A stretch of DNA of 64,000 nucleotides from Centroscyllium fabricii (lineage: Eukaryota): assembly GCA_051313645.2 (NCBI GenBank), contig JBNRSN020000118.1, positions 1,116,001 through 1,180,000 on the forward strand, read 5' to 3'. The notes under the pieces were generated by a model, which worked only from the letters and a program-made list of their open reading frames with translations, was not told the DNA's origin and did not search any database. The translations under genes and the position numbers were made by a program. Shown piece by piece: positions 1-15,700 of this stretch; positions within the stretch are counted from its first letter, which is position 1; each line of letters begins with the position of its first letter.

Positions 1-3000
1 GTTCATCATGTTGTGGAGCACAATTTACAGATGTTCATCATGTTGTTGTGCACAATTTAGAGATGTTCATCCTGTTGTGGTGCACACTGTACAGATGTTC
101 ATCTTGTTGTGGTGCACACTGTACAGATTTTCATCTTGTTGTGTTGCACACTGTACAGATGTTCATCTTGTTGTGCTGCACACTGTACAGATGTTCATCA
201 TGTTGTGGTGCACATTTTACAGATGTTCATCTTGTTGTGGTGCACATTGTAGAGATGTTCACCATGTTGTGGTGCACACTGTACAGATGTTCATCTTGTT
301 GTGGTGCACACTGTACAGATGTTCATCAAGTTGTAGTGCACACTGTGCAGATGTTCATCTTGTTGTGGTGCACACTGTACAGATGTTCATCTTGTTGTGG
401 TGCACAATGTACCGATGTTCATCATATTGTGGTGCACACTGTACAGATGTTCATCTTGTTGTGGTGCACAATGTACAGATGTTCGACATGTTGTGGTGCC
501 CACTGTAGAGATGTTCAACATGTTGTGGTGCACACTGTACAGATGTTCATCATGTTGTGGTGCACACTGTACAGATGTTCATCATGTTGTGATGCACATT
601 GTACAGATGTTCATCATGTTGTGGTGCACACTGTACAGATGTTCATCATGTTGTGGTGCACACTGTACAGATGTTCATCATGTTGTGGTGCACAATGTAC
701 AGATGTTCATCTTGTTGTGGTGCACACTGTACAGATGTTCATCATGTTGTGGTGCACACTGTACAGATGTACATCATGTTGTGTTGCACACTGTACAGAT
801 GTTCAACATGTTGTGGTGCACACTGTACAGATGTTCATCATGTTGTGGTGCGCACTGTACAGATGTTCATCATGTTGTGGTGCACAATGTACAGATGTTC
901 ATCTTGTTGTGGTGCGCACTGTAGAGATGTTCATCATGTTGTCGTGCACATTGTACAGATGTTCATCATGTTGTGGTGCACACTGTACAGAAGTTAATCA
1001 TGTTGTGGTGCACACTGTACAGATGTTCATCATGTTGTGGTGCACACTGTACAGATGTTCAACCTGTTGAGGTGCACAATGTACAGATGTTCATCATGTT
1101 GTGGTGCACACTGTACAGATGTTCATCATGTTGTGGTGCACACTTTACAGATGTTCATCATGTTGTGGTGCACACTGTACAGATGTTCATCATGTTGTGG
1201 TGCACACTGTACAAATGTTCATCTTATTGTGTTGCACACTGTACAGATGTTCATCTTGTTGTGGTGCACATTGTACAGATGTTCATCATGTTGTCGTGCA
1301 CACTGTTCAGATGTTCATCTTGTTGTGGTGCACACAGTACAGATGTTCATCATGTTGTTGTGCACAATTTAGAGATGTTCATCATGTTGTGGAGCACAAT
1401 TTACAGATGTTCATCATGTTGTTGTGCACAATTTAGAGATGTTCATCCTGTTGTGGTGCACACTGTACAGATGTTCATCTTGTTGTGGTGCACACTGTAC
1501 AGATTTTCATCTTGTTGTGTTGCACACTGTACAGATGTTCATCTTGTTGTGCTGCACACTGTACAGATGTTCATCATGTTGTGGTGCACATTTTACAGAT
1601 GTTCATCTTGTTGTGGTGCACATTGTAGAGATGTTCACCATGTTGTGGTGCACACTGTACAGATGTTCATCTTGTTGTGGTGCACACTGTACAGATGTTC
1701 ATCAAGTTGTAGTGCACACTGTGCAGATGTTCATCTTGTTGTGGTGCACACTGTACAGATGTTCATCTTGTTGTGGTGCACAATGTACCGATGTTCATCA
1801 TATTGTGGTGCACACTGTACAGATGTTCATCTTGTTGTGGTGCACAATGTACAGATGTTCGACATGTTGTGGTGCCCACTGTAGAGATGTTCAACATGTT
1901 GTGGTGCACACTGTACAGATGTTCATCATGTTGTGGTGCACACTGTACAGATGTTCATCATGTTGTGATGCACATTGTACAGATGTTCATCATGTTGTGG
2001 TGCACACTGTACAGATGTTCATCATGTTGTGGTGCACACTGTACAGATGTTCATCATGTTGTGGTGCACAATGTACAGATGTTCATCTTGTTGTGGTGCA
2101 CACTGTACAGATGTTCATCATGTTGTGGTGCACACTGTACAGATGTACATCATGTTGTGTTGCACACTGTACAGATGTTCAACATGTTGTGGTGCACACT
2201 GTACAGATGTTCATCATGTTGTGGTGCACACTGTACAGATGTTCATCATGTTGTGGTGCACAATGTACAGATGTTCATCTTGTTGTGGTGCGCACTGTAC
2301 AGATGTTCATCATGTTGTCGTGCACATTGTACAGATGTTCATCATGTTGTGGTGCACACTGTACAGATGTTAATCATGTTGTGGTGCACACTGTACAGAT
2401 GTTCATCATGATGTGGTGCACACTGTACAGATGTTCATCCTGTTGAGGTGCACAATGTACAGATGTTCATCATGTTGTGGTGCACACTGTACAGATGTTC
2501 ATCATGTTGTGGTGCACACTTTACAGATGTTCATCATGTTGTGGTGCACACTGTACAGATGTTCATCATGTTGTGGTGCACACTGTACAAATGTTCATCT
2601 TATTGTGTTGCACACTGTACAGATGTTCATCTTGTTGTGGTGCACATTGTACAGATGTTCATCATGTTGTCGTGCACACTGTTCAGATGTTCATCTTGTT
2701 GTGGTGCACACAGTACAGATGTTCATCATGTTGTTGTGCACAATTTAGAGATGTTCATCATGTTGTGGAGCACAATTTACAGATGTTCATCATGTTGTTG
2801 TGCACAATTTAGAGATGTTCATCCTGTTGTGGTGCACACTGTACAGATGTTCATCTTGTTGTGGTGCACACTGTACAGATTTTCATCTTGTTGTGTTGCA
2901 CACTGTACAGATGTTCATCTTGTTGTGCTGCACACTGTACAGATGTTCATCATGTTGTGGTGCACATTTTACAGATGTTCATCTTGTTGTGGTGCACATT

Positions 3001-4500
3001 GTAGAGATGTTCACCATGTTGTGGTGCACACTGTACAGATGTTCATCTTGTTGTGGTGCACACTGTACAGATGTTCATCAAGTTGTAGTGCACACTGTGC
3101 AGATGTTCATCTTGTTGTGGTGCACACTGTACAGATGTTCATCTTGTTGTGGTGCACAATGTACCGATGTTCATCATATTGTGGTGCACACTGTACAGAT
3201 GTTCATCTTGTTGTGGTGCACAATGTACAGATGTTCGACATGTTGTGGTGCCCACTGTAGAGATGTTCAACATGTTGTGGTGCACACTGTACAGATGTTC
3301 ATCATGTTGTGGTGCACACTGTACAGATGTTCATCATGTTGTGATGCACATTGTACAGATGTTCATCATGTTGTGGTGCACACTGTACAGATGTTCATCA
3401 TGTTGTGGTGCACACTGTACAGATGTTCATCATGTTGTGGTGCACAATGTACAGATGTTAATCTTGTTGTGGTGCACACTGTACAGATGTTCATCATGTT
3501 GTGGTGCACACTGTACAGATGTACATCATGTTGTGTTGCACACTGTACAGATGTTCAACATGTTGTGGTGCACACTGTACAGATGTTCATCATGTTGTGG
3601 TGCACACTGTACAGATGTTCATCATGTTGTGGTGCACAATGTACAGATGTTCATCTTGTTGTGGTGCGCACTGTACAGATGTTCATCATGTTTTCGTGCA
3701 CATTGTACAGATGTTCATCATGTTGTGGTGCACACTGTACAGATGTTAATCATGTTGTGGTGCACACTGTACAGATGTTCATCATGTTGTGGTGCACACT
3801 GTACAGATGTTCATCTTGTTGAGCTGCACAATGTACAGATGTTCATCATGTTGTGGTGCACACTGTACAGATGTTCATCATGTTGTGGTGCACACTTTAC
3901 AGATGTTCATCATGTTGTGGTGCACACTGTACAGATGTTCATCATGTTGTGGTGCACACTGTACAAATGTTCATCTTATTGTGTTGCACACTGCACAGAT
4001 GTTCATCTTGTTGTGGTGCACATTGTACAGATGTTCATCATGTTGTCGTGCACACTGTTCAGATGTTCATCTTGTTGTGGTGCACACAGTACAGATGTTC
4101 ATCATGTTGTTGTGCACAATTTAGAGATGTTCATCATGTTGTGGAGCACAATGTACAGATGTTCATCATGTTGTTGTGCACAATTTAGAGATGTTCATCC
4201 TGTTGTGGTGCACACTGTACAGATGTTCATCTTGTTGTGGTGCACACTGTACAGATTTTCATCTTGTTGTGTTGCACACTGTAAATATGTTCATCTTGTT
4301 GTGCAGGACACTGTACAGATGTTCATCATGTTGTGGTGCACATTTTACAGATGTTCATCTTGTTGTGGTGCACATTGTAGAGATGTTCACCATGTTGTGG
4401 TGCACACTGTACAGATGTTCATCTTGTTGTGGTGCACACTGTACAGATGTTCATCAAGTTGTAGTGCACACTGTGCAGATGTTCATCTTGTTGTGGTGCA
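1..4500 (+). repeat. Higher-order repeat, 1376 bp (43 monomers), about 3.3 copies
   Basis: Diagnostic variants recur at +1376: GTACCGAT near 409/1785/3161 and TTCGACATG...GCCCACT near 482/1858/3234. ORF-track twins start at 48/1424/2800. Confidence 0.93.
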
Positions 4501-5099
4501 CACTGTACAGATGTTCATCTTGTTGTGGTGCACATTGTACAGATGTTCATCATGTTGTGGTGCATACTGTACAGATGTACATCTTGTTGTGGTGCACACT
4601 GTACAGACGTTCATCATGTTGTGGTGCACACTTTACAGATGTTCATCATGCTGTTGTGCACAATGTACAGATGCTCATCTCGTTGTGGTGCAAACTGTAC
4701 AGATGTTCATCATGTTGTGGTACACACTGTACAGATGTTCATCATGTTGTGGAGCACACTGTACAGATGTTCATCTTGTTGTGGTGCACGCTGTACAGAT
4801 GTTCATCATGTTGTGGTGCAAACTGTACAGATGTTCATCATGTTGTGGTGCACACTGTAGAAATGTTCATCTTATTGTGTTGAAAACTGTACAGATGTTC
4901 ATCTTGTTGTGGTGCACACTGTACAGATGTTCATCATGTTGTTGTGCACAATGTACAGATGTTCATCTTGTTGTGGTGCACACTGTACAGATGTTCATCT
5001 TGTTGTGGTGCACACTGTACAGATGTTCATCATATTGTGTTGCACACTGTACAGATGTTCATCTTGTTGTGGGGCACACTGTACAGATGTTCATCATGT

Positions 5100-8000
5100 T
5101 GTGGTGCACACTGTACAGATGTTCATCATGTTGTGGTGCACACTGTACAGATGTTCATCATGTTGTGGTGCGCACTGTACAGATGTTCATCATGTTGTGG
5201 TACACATTGTATAGATGTTCATCATGTTGTGGTGCACACTGTACAGACGTTCATCATGTTGTTGTGCACACTGTACAGATGTTCATCATGTTGTGCTGCA
5301 CAATGTACAGTTGTTCATCTTGTTGTGGTGCACACTGTACAGATGTTCATCATGTTGTGGTGCACACTGTACAGATGTTCAACATGTTGTGGTGCACACT
5401 GTACAGATGTTCGTCATGTTGTGGTGCACACTGTGCAGATGTTCATCATGTTGTTGTGCACAATGTACAGATGTTCATCTTGCTGTGGTGCACACTGTAC
5501 AGATGTTCATCATGTTGTGGTGCACATTGTACAGATGTTCATCATGTTGTGGTGCACACTGTACAGATGTTCATCATGTTGTGGTGCACACTGTACAGAT
5601 GTTCATCATGTTGTGGTGCACACTGTACAGATGTTCATCTTGTTGTGGTGCACACTGTACAGATGTTCATCATGTTGTGGTGCACACTGTACAGATGTTC
5701 ATCATGTTGTGGTGCACACTGTACAGATGTTCATGATGTTGTGGTGCACACTGTACAGATGTTCATCATGTTGTGGTGCACACTGTACAAATGTTCATCT
5801 TATTGTGTTGCACACTGTACAGATGTTCATCTTGTTGTGGTGCACACTGTACAGATGTTCATCATGTTGTGGTGCACACTGTACAGATGTTCACCTTGTT
5901 GTGGTGCACACTGTACAGATGTTCATCATATTGTGGTGCACACTGTACAGATGTTCATCTTGTTGTGGTGCACACTGTACAGATGTTCATCATATTGTGG
6001 TGCACACTGTACAGATGTTCATCTTGTTGTGGTGCACACTGTACAGATGTTCGACATGTTGTGGTGCACATTTTAGAGATGTTCAACATGTTGTGGTGCA
6101 CACTGTACAGATGTACATCATGTTGTGGTGCACACTGTACAGATGTTCATCATGTTGTGGTGCACATTGTACAGATGTTCATCATGTTGTGGTGCACACT
6201 GTACAGATGTTCATCATGTTGTGGTGCACACTGTACAGATGTTCATCATGTTGTGGTGCACAATGTACAGATGTTCATCTTGTTGTGGTGCACACTGTAC
6301 AGATGTTCATCATGTTGTGGTGCACAATGTACAGATGTTCATCATGTTGTGGTGCACACTGTACAGATGTTCAACATTTTGTGGTGCACACTGTACAGAT
6401 GTTCATCATGTTGTGGTGCGCAATGTACAGATGTTCATCTTGTTGTGGTGCACACTGTACAGATGTTCATCATGTTGTTGTGCACATTGTACAGATGTTC
6501 ATCATGTTGTGGTGCACACTGTACAGATGTTCATCATGTTGTGGTGCACACTGTACAGATGTTCATCATGTTGTGGTGCACACTGTACAGATGTTCATCT
6601 TGTTGTGGTGCACAATGTACAGATGTTCATCATGTTGTGGTGCACACTGTACAGATGTTCATCACGTTGTGGTGCACACTTTACAGATGTTCATCATGTT
6701 GTGGTGCACACTGTACAGATGTTCATCATGTTGTGGTGCACACTGTACAGATGTTCATCATGTTGTGGTGCGCACTGTACAGATGTTCATCATGTTGTGG
6801 TACACATTGTATAGATGTTCATCATGTTGTGGTGCACACTGTACAGACGTTCATCATGTTGTTGTGCACACTGTACAGATGTTCATCATGTTGTGCTGCA
6901 CAATGTACAGTTGTTCATCTTGTTGTGGTGCACACTGTACAGATGTTCATCATGTTGTGGTGCACACTGTACAGATGTTCAACATGTTGTGGTGCACACT
7001 GTACAGATGTTCGTCATGTTGTGGTGCACACTGTGCAGATGTTCATCATGTTGTTGTGCACAATGTACAGATGTTCATCTTGCTGTGGTGCACACTGTAC
7101 AGATGTTCATCATGTTGTGGTGCACATTGTACAGATGTTCATCATGTTGTGGTGCACACTGTACAGATGTTCATCATGTTGTGGTGCACACTGTACAGAT
7201 GTTCATCATGTTGTGGTGCACACTGTACAGATGTTCATCTTGTTGTGGTGCACACTGTACAGATGTTCATCATGTTGTGGTGCACACTGTACAGATGTTC
7301 ATCATGTTGTGGTGCACACTGTACAGATGTTCATGATGTTGTGGTGCACACTGTACAGATGTTCATCATGTTGTGGTGCACACTGTACAAATGTTCATCT
7401 TATTGTGTTGCACACTGTACAGATGTTCATCTTGTTGTGGTGCACACTGTACAGATGTTCATCATGTTGTGGTGCACACTGTACAGATGTTCACCTTGTT
7501 GTGGTGCACACTGTACAGATGTTCATCATATTGTGGTGCACACTGTACAGATGTTCATCTTGTTGTGGTGCACACTGTACAGATGTTCATCATATTGTGG
7601 TGCACACTGTACAGATGTTCATCTTGTTGTGGTGCACACTGTACAGATGTTCGACATGTTGTGGTGCACATTTTAGAGATGTTCAACATGTTGTGGTGCA
7701 CACTGTACAGATGTACATCATGTTGTGGTGCACACTGTACAGATGTTCATCATGTTGTGGTGCACATTGTACAGATGTTCATCATGTTGTGGTGCACACT
7801 GTACAGATGTTCATCATGTTGTGGTGCACACTGTACAGATGTTCATCATGTTGTGGTGCACAATGTACAGATGTTCATCTTGTTGTGGTGCACACTGTAC
7901 AGATGTTCATCATGTTGTGGTGCACAATGTACAGATGTTCATCATGTTGTGGTGCACACTGTACAGATGTTCAACATTTTGTGGTGCACACTGTACAGAT

Positions 8001-8340
8001 GTTCATCATGTTGTGGTGCGCAATGTACAGATGTTCATCTTGTTGTGGTGCACACTGTACAGATGTTCATCATGTTGTTGTGCACATTGTACAGATGTTC
8101 ATCATGTTGTGGTGCACACTGTACAGATGTTCATCATGTTGTGGTGCACACTGTACAGATGTTCATCATGTTGTGGTGCACACTGTACAGATGTTCATCT
8201 TGTTGTGGTGCACAATGTACAGATGTTCATCATGTTGTGGTGCACACTGTACAGATGTTCATCACGTTGTGGTGCACACTTTACAGATGTTCATCATGTT
8301 GTGGTGCACACTGTACAGATGTTCATCATGTTGTGGTGCA
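5100..8340 (+). repeat. Tandem duplication, 1600 bp (50 monomers), 2 copies
   Basis: Variants recur at +1600 (5161/6761; ATCACGTTG at 6661/8261). ORF twins at 5215/6815, 5773/7373 and 6125/7725. Confidence 0.92.
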
Positions 8341-9799
8341 CACTGTACAAATGTTCATCTTATTGTGTTGCACACTGTACAGATGTTCATCTTGTTGTGG
8401 TGCACACTGTACAGATGTTCGTCATGTTGTGGTGCACACTGTTCAGATGTTCATCTTGTTGTGGTGCACACTTTACAGATGTTCATCATGTTGTGGAGCA
8501 CAATGTACAGATGTTCATCATGTTGTTGTGCACAATTTAGAGATGTTCATCATGTTGTGGTGCACACTGTACAGATGTTCATCTTGTTGTGGTGCACACT
8601 GTACAGATGTTCATCTTGTTGTGTTGCACACTGTACAGATGTTCATCTTGTTGTGCTGCACACTGTGCAGATGATCATCATGTTGTGGTGCACATTTTAC
8701 AGATGTTCATCTTGTTGTGGTGCACATTGTAGAGATGTTCACCATGTTGTGGTGCACACTGTACAGATGTTCATCTTGTTGTGGTGCACACTGTACAGAT
8801 GTTCATCATGTTGTAGTGCACACTGTGCAGATGTTCATCTTGTTGTGGTTCACACTGTACAGATGTTCATCTTGTTGTGGTGCACATTGTACAGATGTTC
8901 ATCATGTTGTGGTGCATACTGTACAGATGTATATCTTGTTGTGGTGCACACTGTACAGATGTTCATCATGTTGTGGTGCACACTTTACAGATGTTCATCA
9001 TGCTGTTGTGCACACTGTACAGATGCTCATCTTGTTGTGGTGCAAACTGTACAGATGTTCATCATGTTGTTGTACACACTGTACAGATGTTCATCCTGTT
9101 GTGGAGCACACTGTACAGATGTTCATCTTGTTGTGGTGCACACTGTACAGATGTTCATCATGTTGTGGTGCACACTGTACAGATGTTCATAATGTTGTGG
9201 TGCACACTGTACAAATGTTCATCTTATTGTGTTGAACACTGTACAGATGTTCATCTTGTTGTGGTGCACACTTTACAGATGTTCATCATGTTGTGGTGCA
9301 CAATGTACAGATGTTCATCTTGTTGTGGTGCACACTGTACAGATGTTCATCATATTGTGGTGCACACTGTACAGATGTTCATCTTGTAGTGGGGCACACT
9401 GTACAGATGTTCATCATGTTGTGGTGCGCACTGTACAGATGTTCATCATGTTGTGGTGCACACTGTACAGATGTTCATCATGTTGTGGTGCGCACTGTAC
9501 AGATGTTCAAAATGTCGTGGTGCACATTGTATAGATGTTCATCATGTTGTGGTGCACACTGTACAGACGTTCATCATGTTGTTGTGCACAATGTACAGAT
9601 GTTCATCATGTTGTGGTGCACAATGTACAGATGTTCATCTTGTTGTGGTGCACACTGTACAGATGTTCATCATGTTGTGGTGCACACTGTACAGATGTTC
9701 AACATGTTGTGGTGCACAATGTACAGTTGTTCATCATGTTGTGGTGCACACTGTACAGATGTTCATCATGTTGTTGTGCACAATGTACAGATGTTCATC

Positions 9800-12700
9800 T
9801 TTTTGAGGTGCACCGTGTACAGATGTTCATCATGTAGTGGTGCACACTGTACAGATGTTCCTCTTGTTGTCGTGCACAATTTTCAGATGATAATCTTGTT
9901 GTGGTGCACACTTTACAGATGATAATCTTGTTGTGGTGCACACTGTACAGATGTTCATCCTGTTGTGGTGCACACTGTACAGATGTTCATCATGTTGCGG
10001 TGCACACTGTACAGTTGTTCATCTTAATGTGGTGCACACTGTACAGATGTTCATCATGTTGTGGTGCACACTGTCCAGATTTTCACCATGTTGTGGTGCA
10101 CACTGAACAGATGTTCATCATGTTGTGGTGCACACTGTACAGATGTCCATCATGTTGTGGTGCGCACTGTACAGATGTTCATCATGCTGTGGTGCACACT
10201 GTACAGATGTTCATCACGTTGTCATGCAGAATGTACAGATGTTCATCATGTTGTGGTGCACACTGTATAGATGTTCATCATGTTGTTGTGCACAATGTAC
10301 AGATGTTAATCTTGTTGTGGTGCACACAGTACATTTGTTCATCATGTTGAGGTGCACACTGTACAGATGTTCAGCATGTTGTGGTGCACACTGTACTTAT
10401 GTTAATCTTGTTGTGGTGCACACTGTACAGATGTCCATCATGTTGTGGTGCACACTGTACAGATGTTTATCTTATTGTGGTGCACACTGTACGGATGTTA
10501 ATCTTGTTGTGGTGCACACTGTACAGATGTTCATCTTTTTGTGGTGCACACTGTACATATGTTCATCATGTTGTGGTGCATACTGTACAGATGTTCCTCA
10601 TGTTGTGGTGCACACTGTACAGATGTTGATCTTGTTGTAGTGCTCACTGTACACATGTTAATCTTGTTGTGGTGCACACTGTACAGATGTTCATTCTGTT
10701 GTGGTGCACACTGTACAGATGTTCATAATGTTGCGGTGCACACTGTACAGATGTACAACGTGTTGTGGTGCACACTGTACAGATGTTCATCTTGTTGTAG
10801 TGCACAATGTACAGATGTCCATCCTGTAATGGTGCACACTGTACAGATGTGCATCATGTTGTGGTGCACACTATACAGATGTTCATCATGTTGTGGTGCA
10901 CACTGTACAGATGTTCAACTTGTTGTAGTGCACACTGTACAGATGTTCATCATGTTGTGGTGCACACTACATAGTTGTCCATCATGTTGTGTTGCACACT
11001 GTACAGATGTTCAACATGTTGTGGTGCACACTGTAAAGATGTTCATCTTGTTGTGGTGCACAATGTACAGATGTTGATCTTGTTGTGGTGCACACTGTGC
11101 AGATGTTCATCATGTAGTGGTGCACACTGTACAGATGTTCATCTTGTTGTAGTGCACACTGTACAGATGTTAATCTTGTTGAGGTGCACACTGTACAGAT
11201 GTTCATCATGTTGTGGTGCACACTGTACAGATGTTCATTATGTTGTGGTGCACACTGTACAGATGTTCATCTTGTTGTGGTGCCACTGTACAGATGTTCA
11301 TCGTGTTGTGGTGCACACTGTACAGATGTTCATCATGTTGTGGTGCACAATGTACTGATGTTCATCTTGTTGTGGTGCACACTGTACAGATGTTCATCAT
11401 GTTGTGGTGCACACTGTACAGATTTTCATCATGTTGTGGTGCACACTGTTTGATGTTCATCATGTTGTGGTGCACACTGTACTGATGTTCATCATGTTGT
11501 GGTGTGCACTGTACAGATGTTCATCATGCTGTGGTGCACACTGTACGGATGTTCATCATGTTGTCGTGCAGACTGAACAGATGTTCATCATGTTTTGGTG
11601 CACACTGTACAGATGTGCAGCATGTTGTGGTGCGCACTGTACTGATGTTCATCTTGTTGTGGTGCACACTGTACAGATGACCATCATGTGGTGGTGCACA
11701 CTGTACAGATGTTCATCTTGTTGTGGTGCACACTGTACAGATGTTCATCTTGTTGTGGTGCACACTGTACAGATGTTCATCTTTTTGTGGTGCACACTGT
11801 ACAGATGTTCATCTTGTTGTGGTGCACACTGTACAGATGTTCCTCATGTTGTCGTGCACACTTTACAGATGATAATCTTGTTGTGGTGCACACTGTACAG
11901 ATGTTAATCTTGTTGTGGTGCACACTGTACAGATGTACATCCTGTTGTGGTGCACATTGTACAGATGTTCATCATGTTGCGGTGCACACTGTACAGATGT
12001 TCATCTTGTTGTGCTGCACACTGTACAGATGTTCATCATGTTGTGGTGCACACTGTCCAGATTTTCACCATGTTGTGCTGCACACTGTACAGATGTTCAT
12101 CATGTTGTGGTGCACACTGTCCAGATTTTCACCATGTTGTGGTGCACACTGAACAGATGTTCATCATGTTGTGGTGCACACTGTACAGATGTTCATCATG
12201 TTGTGGTGCGCACTGTACAGATGTTCATCATGCTGTGGTGCACACTGTACAAATGTTCATCATGTTGTCGTGCAGACATTACAGATGTTCATCATGTTGT
12301 GGTGCACACTGTGCAGATGTTCATCATGTTGTTGTGCACAATGTACAGATTTTCATCTTGTTGTGGTGCACACAGTACATATGTTCATCATGTTGAGGTG
12401 CACATTGTACAGATGTTCAGCATGTTGTGGTGCACACTGTACTGATGTTCATCTTGTTGTGGTGCACATTGTACAGATGTTAATCTTGTTGTGGTGCACA
12501 CTGTACAGATGTTCATATTTTAGTGGTGCACACTGTACAGATGTTCATCATGTTGTGGTGCACACTGTACAGATGTTCCTCATGTTGTGGTGCACACTGT
12601 ACAGATGTTGACCTTGTTGTGGTGCACACTGTACAGATGTTAATCTTGTTGTGGTGCACACTGTACAGATGTTCATCCTGTTGTGGTGCACACTGTACAG

Positions 12701-15700
12701 ATGTTCATCACGTTGCAGTGCACACTGTACAGATGTACAACGTGTTGTGGTGCACACTGTACAGATGTTCATCTTGATGTAGTGCACAATGTACAGATGT
12801 CCATCCTGTTATGGTGCACACTGTACAGATGTTCATCATGTTGTGGTGCACACTGTACAGATGTTCATCATGTTGTGGTGCACACTGTACAGATGTTCAA
12901 CTTGTTGTAGTGCACTCTGTACAGATGGTCATCATGTTGTGCTGCACACTGCATAGATGTCCATCATGCTGTGGTGCACACTGTACAGATGTTCATCATG
13001 TTGTGTTGCACACTGTACAGATGTTCATCATGTTGTGGTGCACACTGTGAAGATGTTCATCTTGTTGTGGTGCACAATGTACAGATGTTCATCTTGTTGA
13101 GGTGCACACTGTGCAGATGTTCATCTTGTTGATTTGCACACTGTACAGATGTTGATCTTGTTGTGGTGCACACTGTACAGATGTTAATCCTGTTGCGGTG
13201 CACACTGTACAGATGTTCATTGTGTTTTGGTGCACACTGTACAGATGTTCATCTTGTGGTGCCACTGTACATATGTTCATCGTGTTGTGGTGCACACTGT
13301 ACAGATGTTCATCATGTATTGGTGCACACTGTACAGATGTGCATCATATTGTGGTGCACACTGTACAGATGTTCATCTTGATGTGGTGCACACTGTACAG
13401 ATGTTAATCTTGTTGTGGTGCACACTGTCCAGATGTTCATCTTGTTGTGGTGCACACTGTACAGATGATCATCATGTTGTGGTGCACACTGTACAGATGT
13501 TCCTCATGTTGTGGTGCACACTGTACAGATGTTCATCTTGTTGTGGGACACACTGTGCAGATGTTCATCCTGTTGTGGTGCACACTGTAGAGATGTTCAT
13601 CATGTTGCGGTGCACACTGTACAGATGTTCAACTTTTTGTGGTGCACACTGTACAGATGTTCATCTTGTTGTAGTGCACACTTTACAGGTGTCCATCCTG
13701 TTATGGTGCACACTGTACACATGTTCATCATGTTGTGGTGCACACTGTACAGATGTTAATCATGTTCATCTTGTTGTAATGCACACTGTACAGATGTTAA
13801 TCATGTTGTGGTGCACACTGTACAGATGTTCATCATGTTGTGGTGCACACTGTACAGATGTTCATCATGTTGCGGTGCACAGTGTACAGATGTTAATCTT
13901 GTTGTGGTGCACACTGTGTAGATGTCCATCATGTTGTGGTGCACAATGTACAGATGTTCATCATGTTGTGTTGCACACTGTACAGATGTTCATCATGTTG
14001 TGGTGCACACTGTAAAGATGTTCTTCTTGTTGTGGTGCACACTGTACATATGTTCATCTTGTTGTGGTGCACACTGTACAGATGTTCATCATGTTGTGGT
14101 GCACACTGTACAGATGTTCATCTTGTTGTGGTGCACACTGTACAGATGTACATCTTGTTGTGGTGCACAGTGTACAGATGTTCATCATGTTGTGGTGCAC
14201 ACTGTACAGATTTTCATCTTTGTTGTGGTGCCACTGTATAGATGTTCATCGTGTTGTCGTGCACACTGTACAGATGTTCATCATGTTGCGGTGCACACTG
14301 TACAGATGTTCCTCATGTTGTGGTGCACAATGTACAGATTTTCATCTTGTTGTGGTGCACACTGTACAGCTGTTCATCATGTTGTGGTGCACACTGTGCA
14401 GATTTTATGTTGTGGTGCACACTGTACAGATGTTCCTCATGTTGTGGTGCACACTGTACAAATGTTCATCTTGTTGTGGTGCACACTGTACAGATGTGCA
14501 TCATGTTGTGGTGCACACTGTACAGATGCTCATCATGTTGTGGTGCACACTGTACAGATGTTCATCATGTTGTGGTGCACACTGTACAGATGTTCATCTT
14601 TTTGTGGTGCACAATGTACAGATGTTCATCATGTTGTGGTGCGCACTGTACAGATGTTCATCATGTTTTCGTGCACATTGTACAGATGTTCATCATGTTG
14701 TGGTGCACACTGTACAGATGTTAATCATGTTGTGGTGCACACTGTACAGATGTTCATCATGTTGTGGTGCACACTGTACAGATGTTCATCTTGTTGAGGT
14801 GCACAATGTACAGATGTTCATCATGTTGTGGTGCACACTGTACAGATGTTCATCATGTTGTGGTGCACACTTTACAGATGTTCATCATGTTGTGGTGCAC
14901 ACTGTACAGATGTTCATCATGTTGTGGTGCACACTGTACAAATGTTCATCTTATTGTGTTGCACACTGCACAGATGTTCATCTTGTTGTGGTGCACATTG
15001 TACAGATGTTCATCATGTTGTCGTGCACACTGTTCAGATGTTCATCTTGTTGTGGTGCTTACAGTACAGATGTTCATCATGTTGTTGTGCACAATTTAGA
15101 GATGTTCATCATGTTGTGGAGCACAATGTACAGATGTTCATCATGTTGTTGTGCACAATTTAGAGATGTTCATCCTGTTGTGGTGCACACTGTACAGATG
15201 TTCATCTTGTTGTGGTGCACACTGTACAGATTTTCATCTTGTTGTGTTGCACACTGTACAGATGTTCATCTTGTTGTGCTGCACACTGTACAGATGTTCA
15301 TCATGTTGTGGTGCACATTTTACAGATGTTCATCTTGTTGTGGTGCACATTGTAGAGATGTTCACCATGTTGTGGTGCACACTGTACAGATGTTCATCTT
15401 GTTGTGGTGCACACTGTACAGATGTTCATCAAGTTGTAGTGCACACTGTGCAGATGTTCATCTTGTTGTGGTGCACACTGTACAGATGTTCATCTTGTTG
15501 TGGTGCACATTGTACAGATGTTCATCATGTTGTGGTGAATACTGTACAGATGTACATCTTGTTGTGGTGCACACTGTACAGACGTTCATCATGTTGTGGT
15601 GCACACTTTACAGATGTTCATCATGCTGTTGTGCACAATGTACAGATGCTCATCTCGTTGTGGTGCAAACTGTACAGATGTTCATCATGTTGTGGTACAC

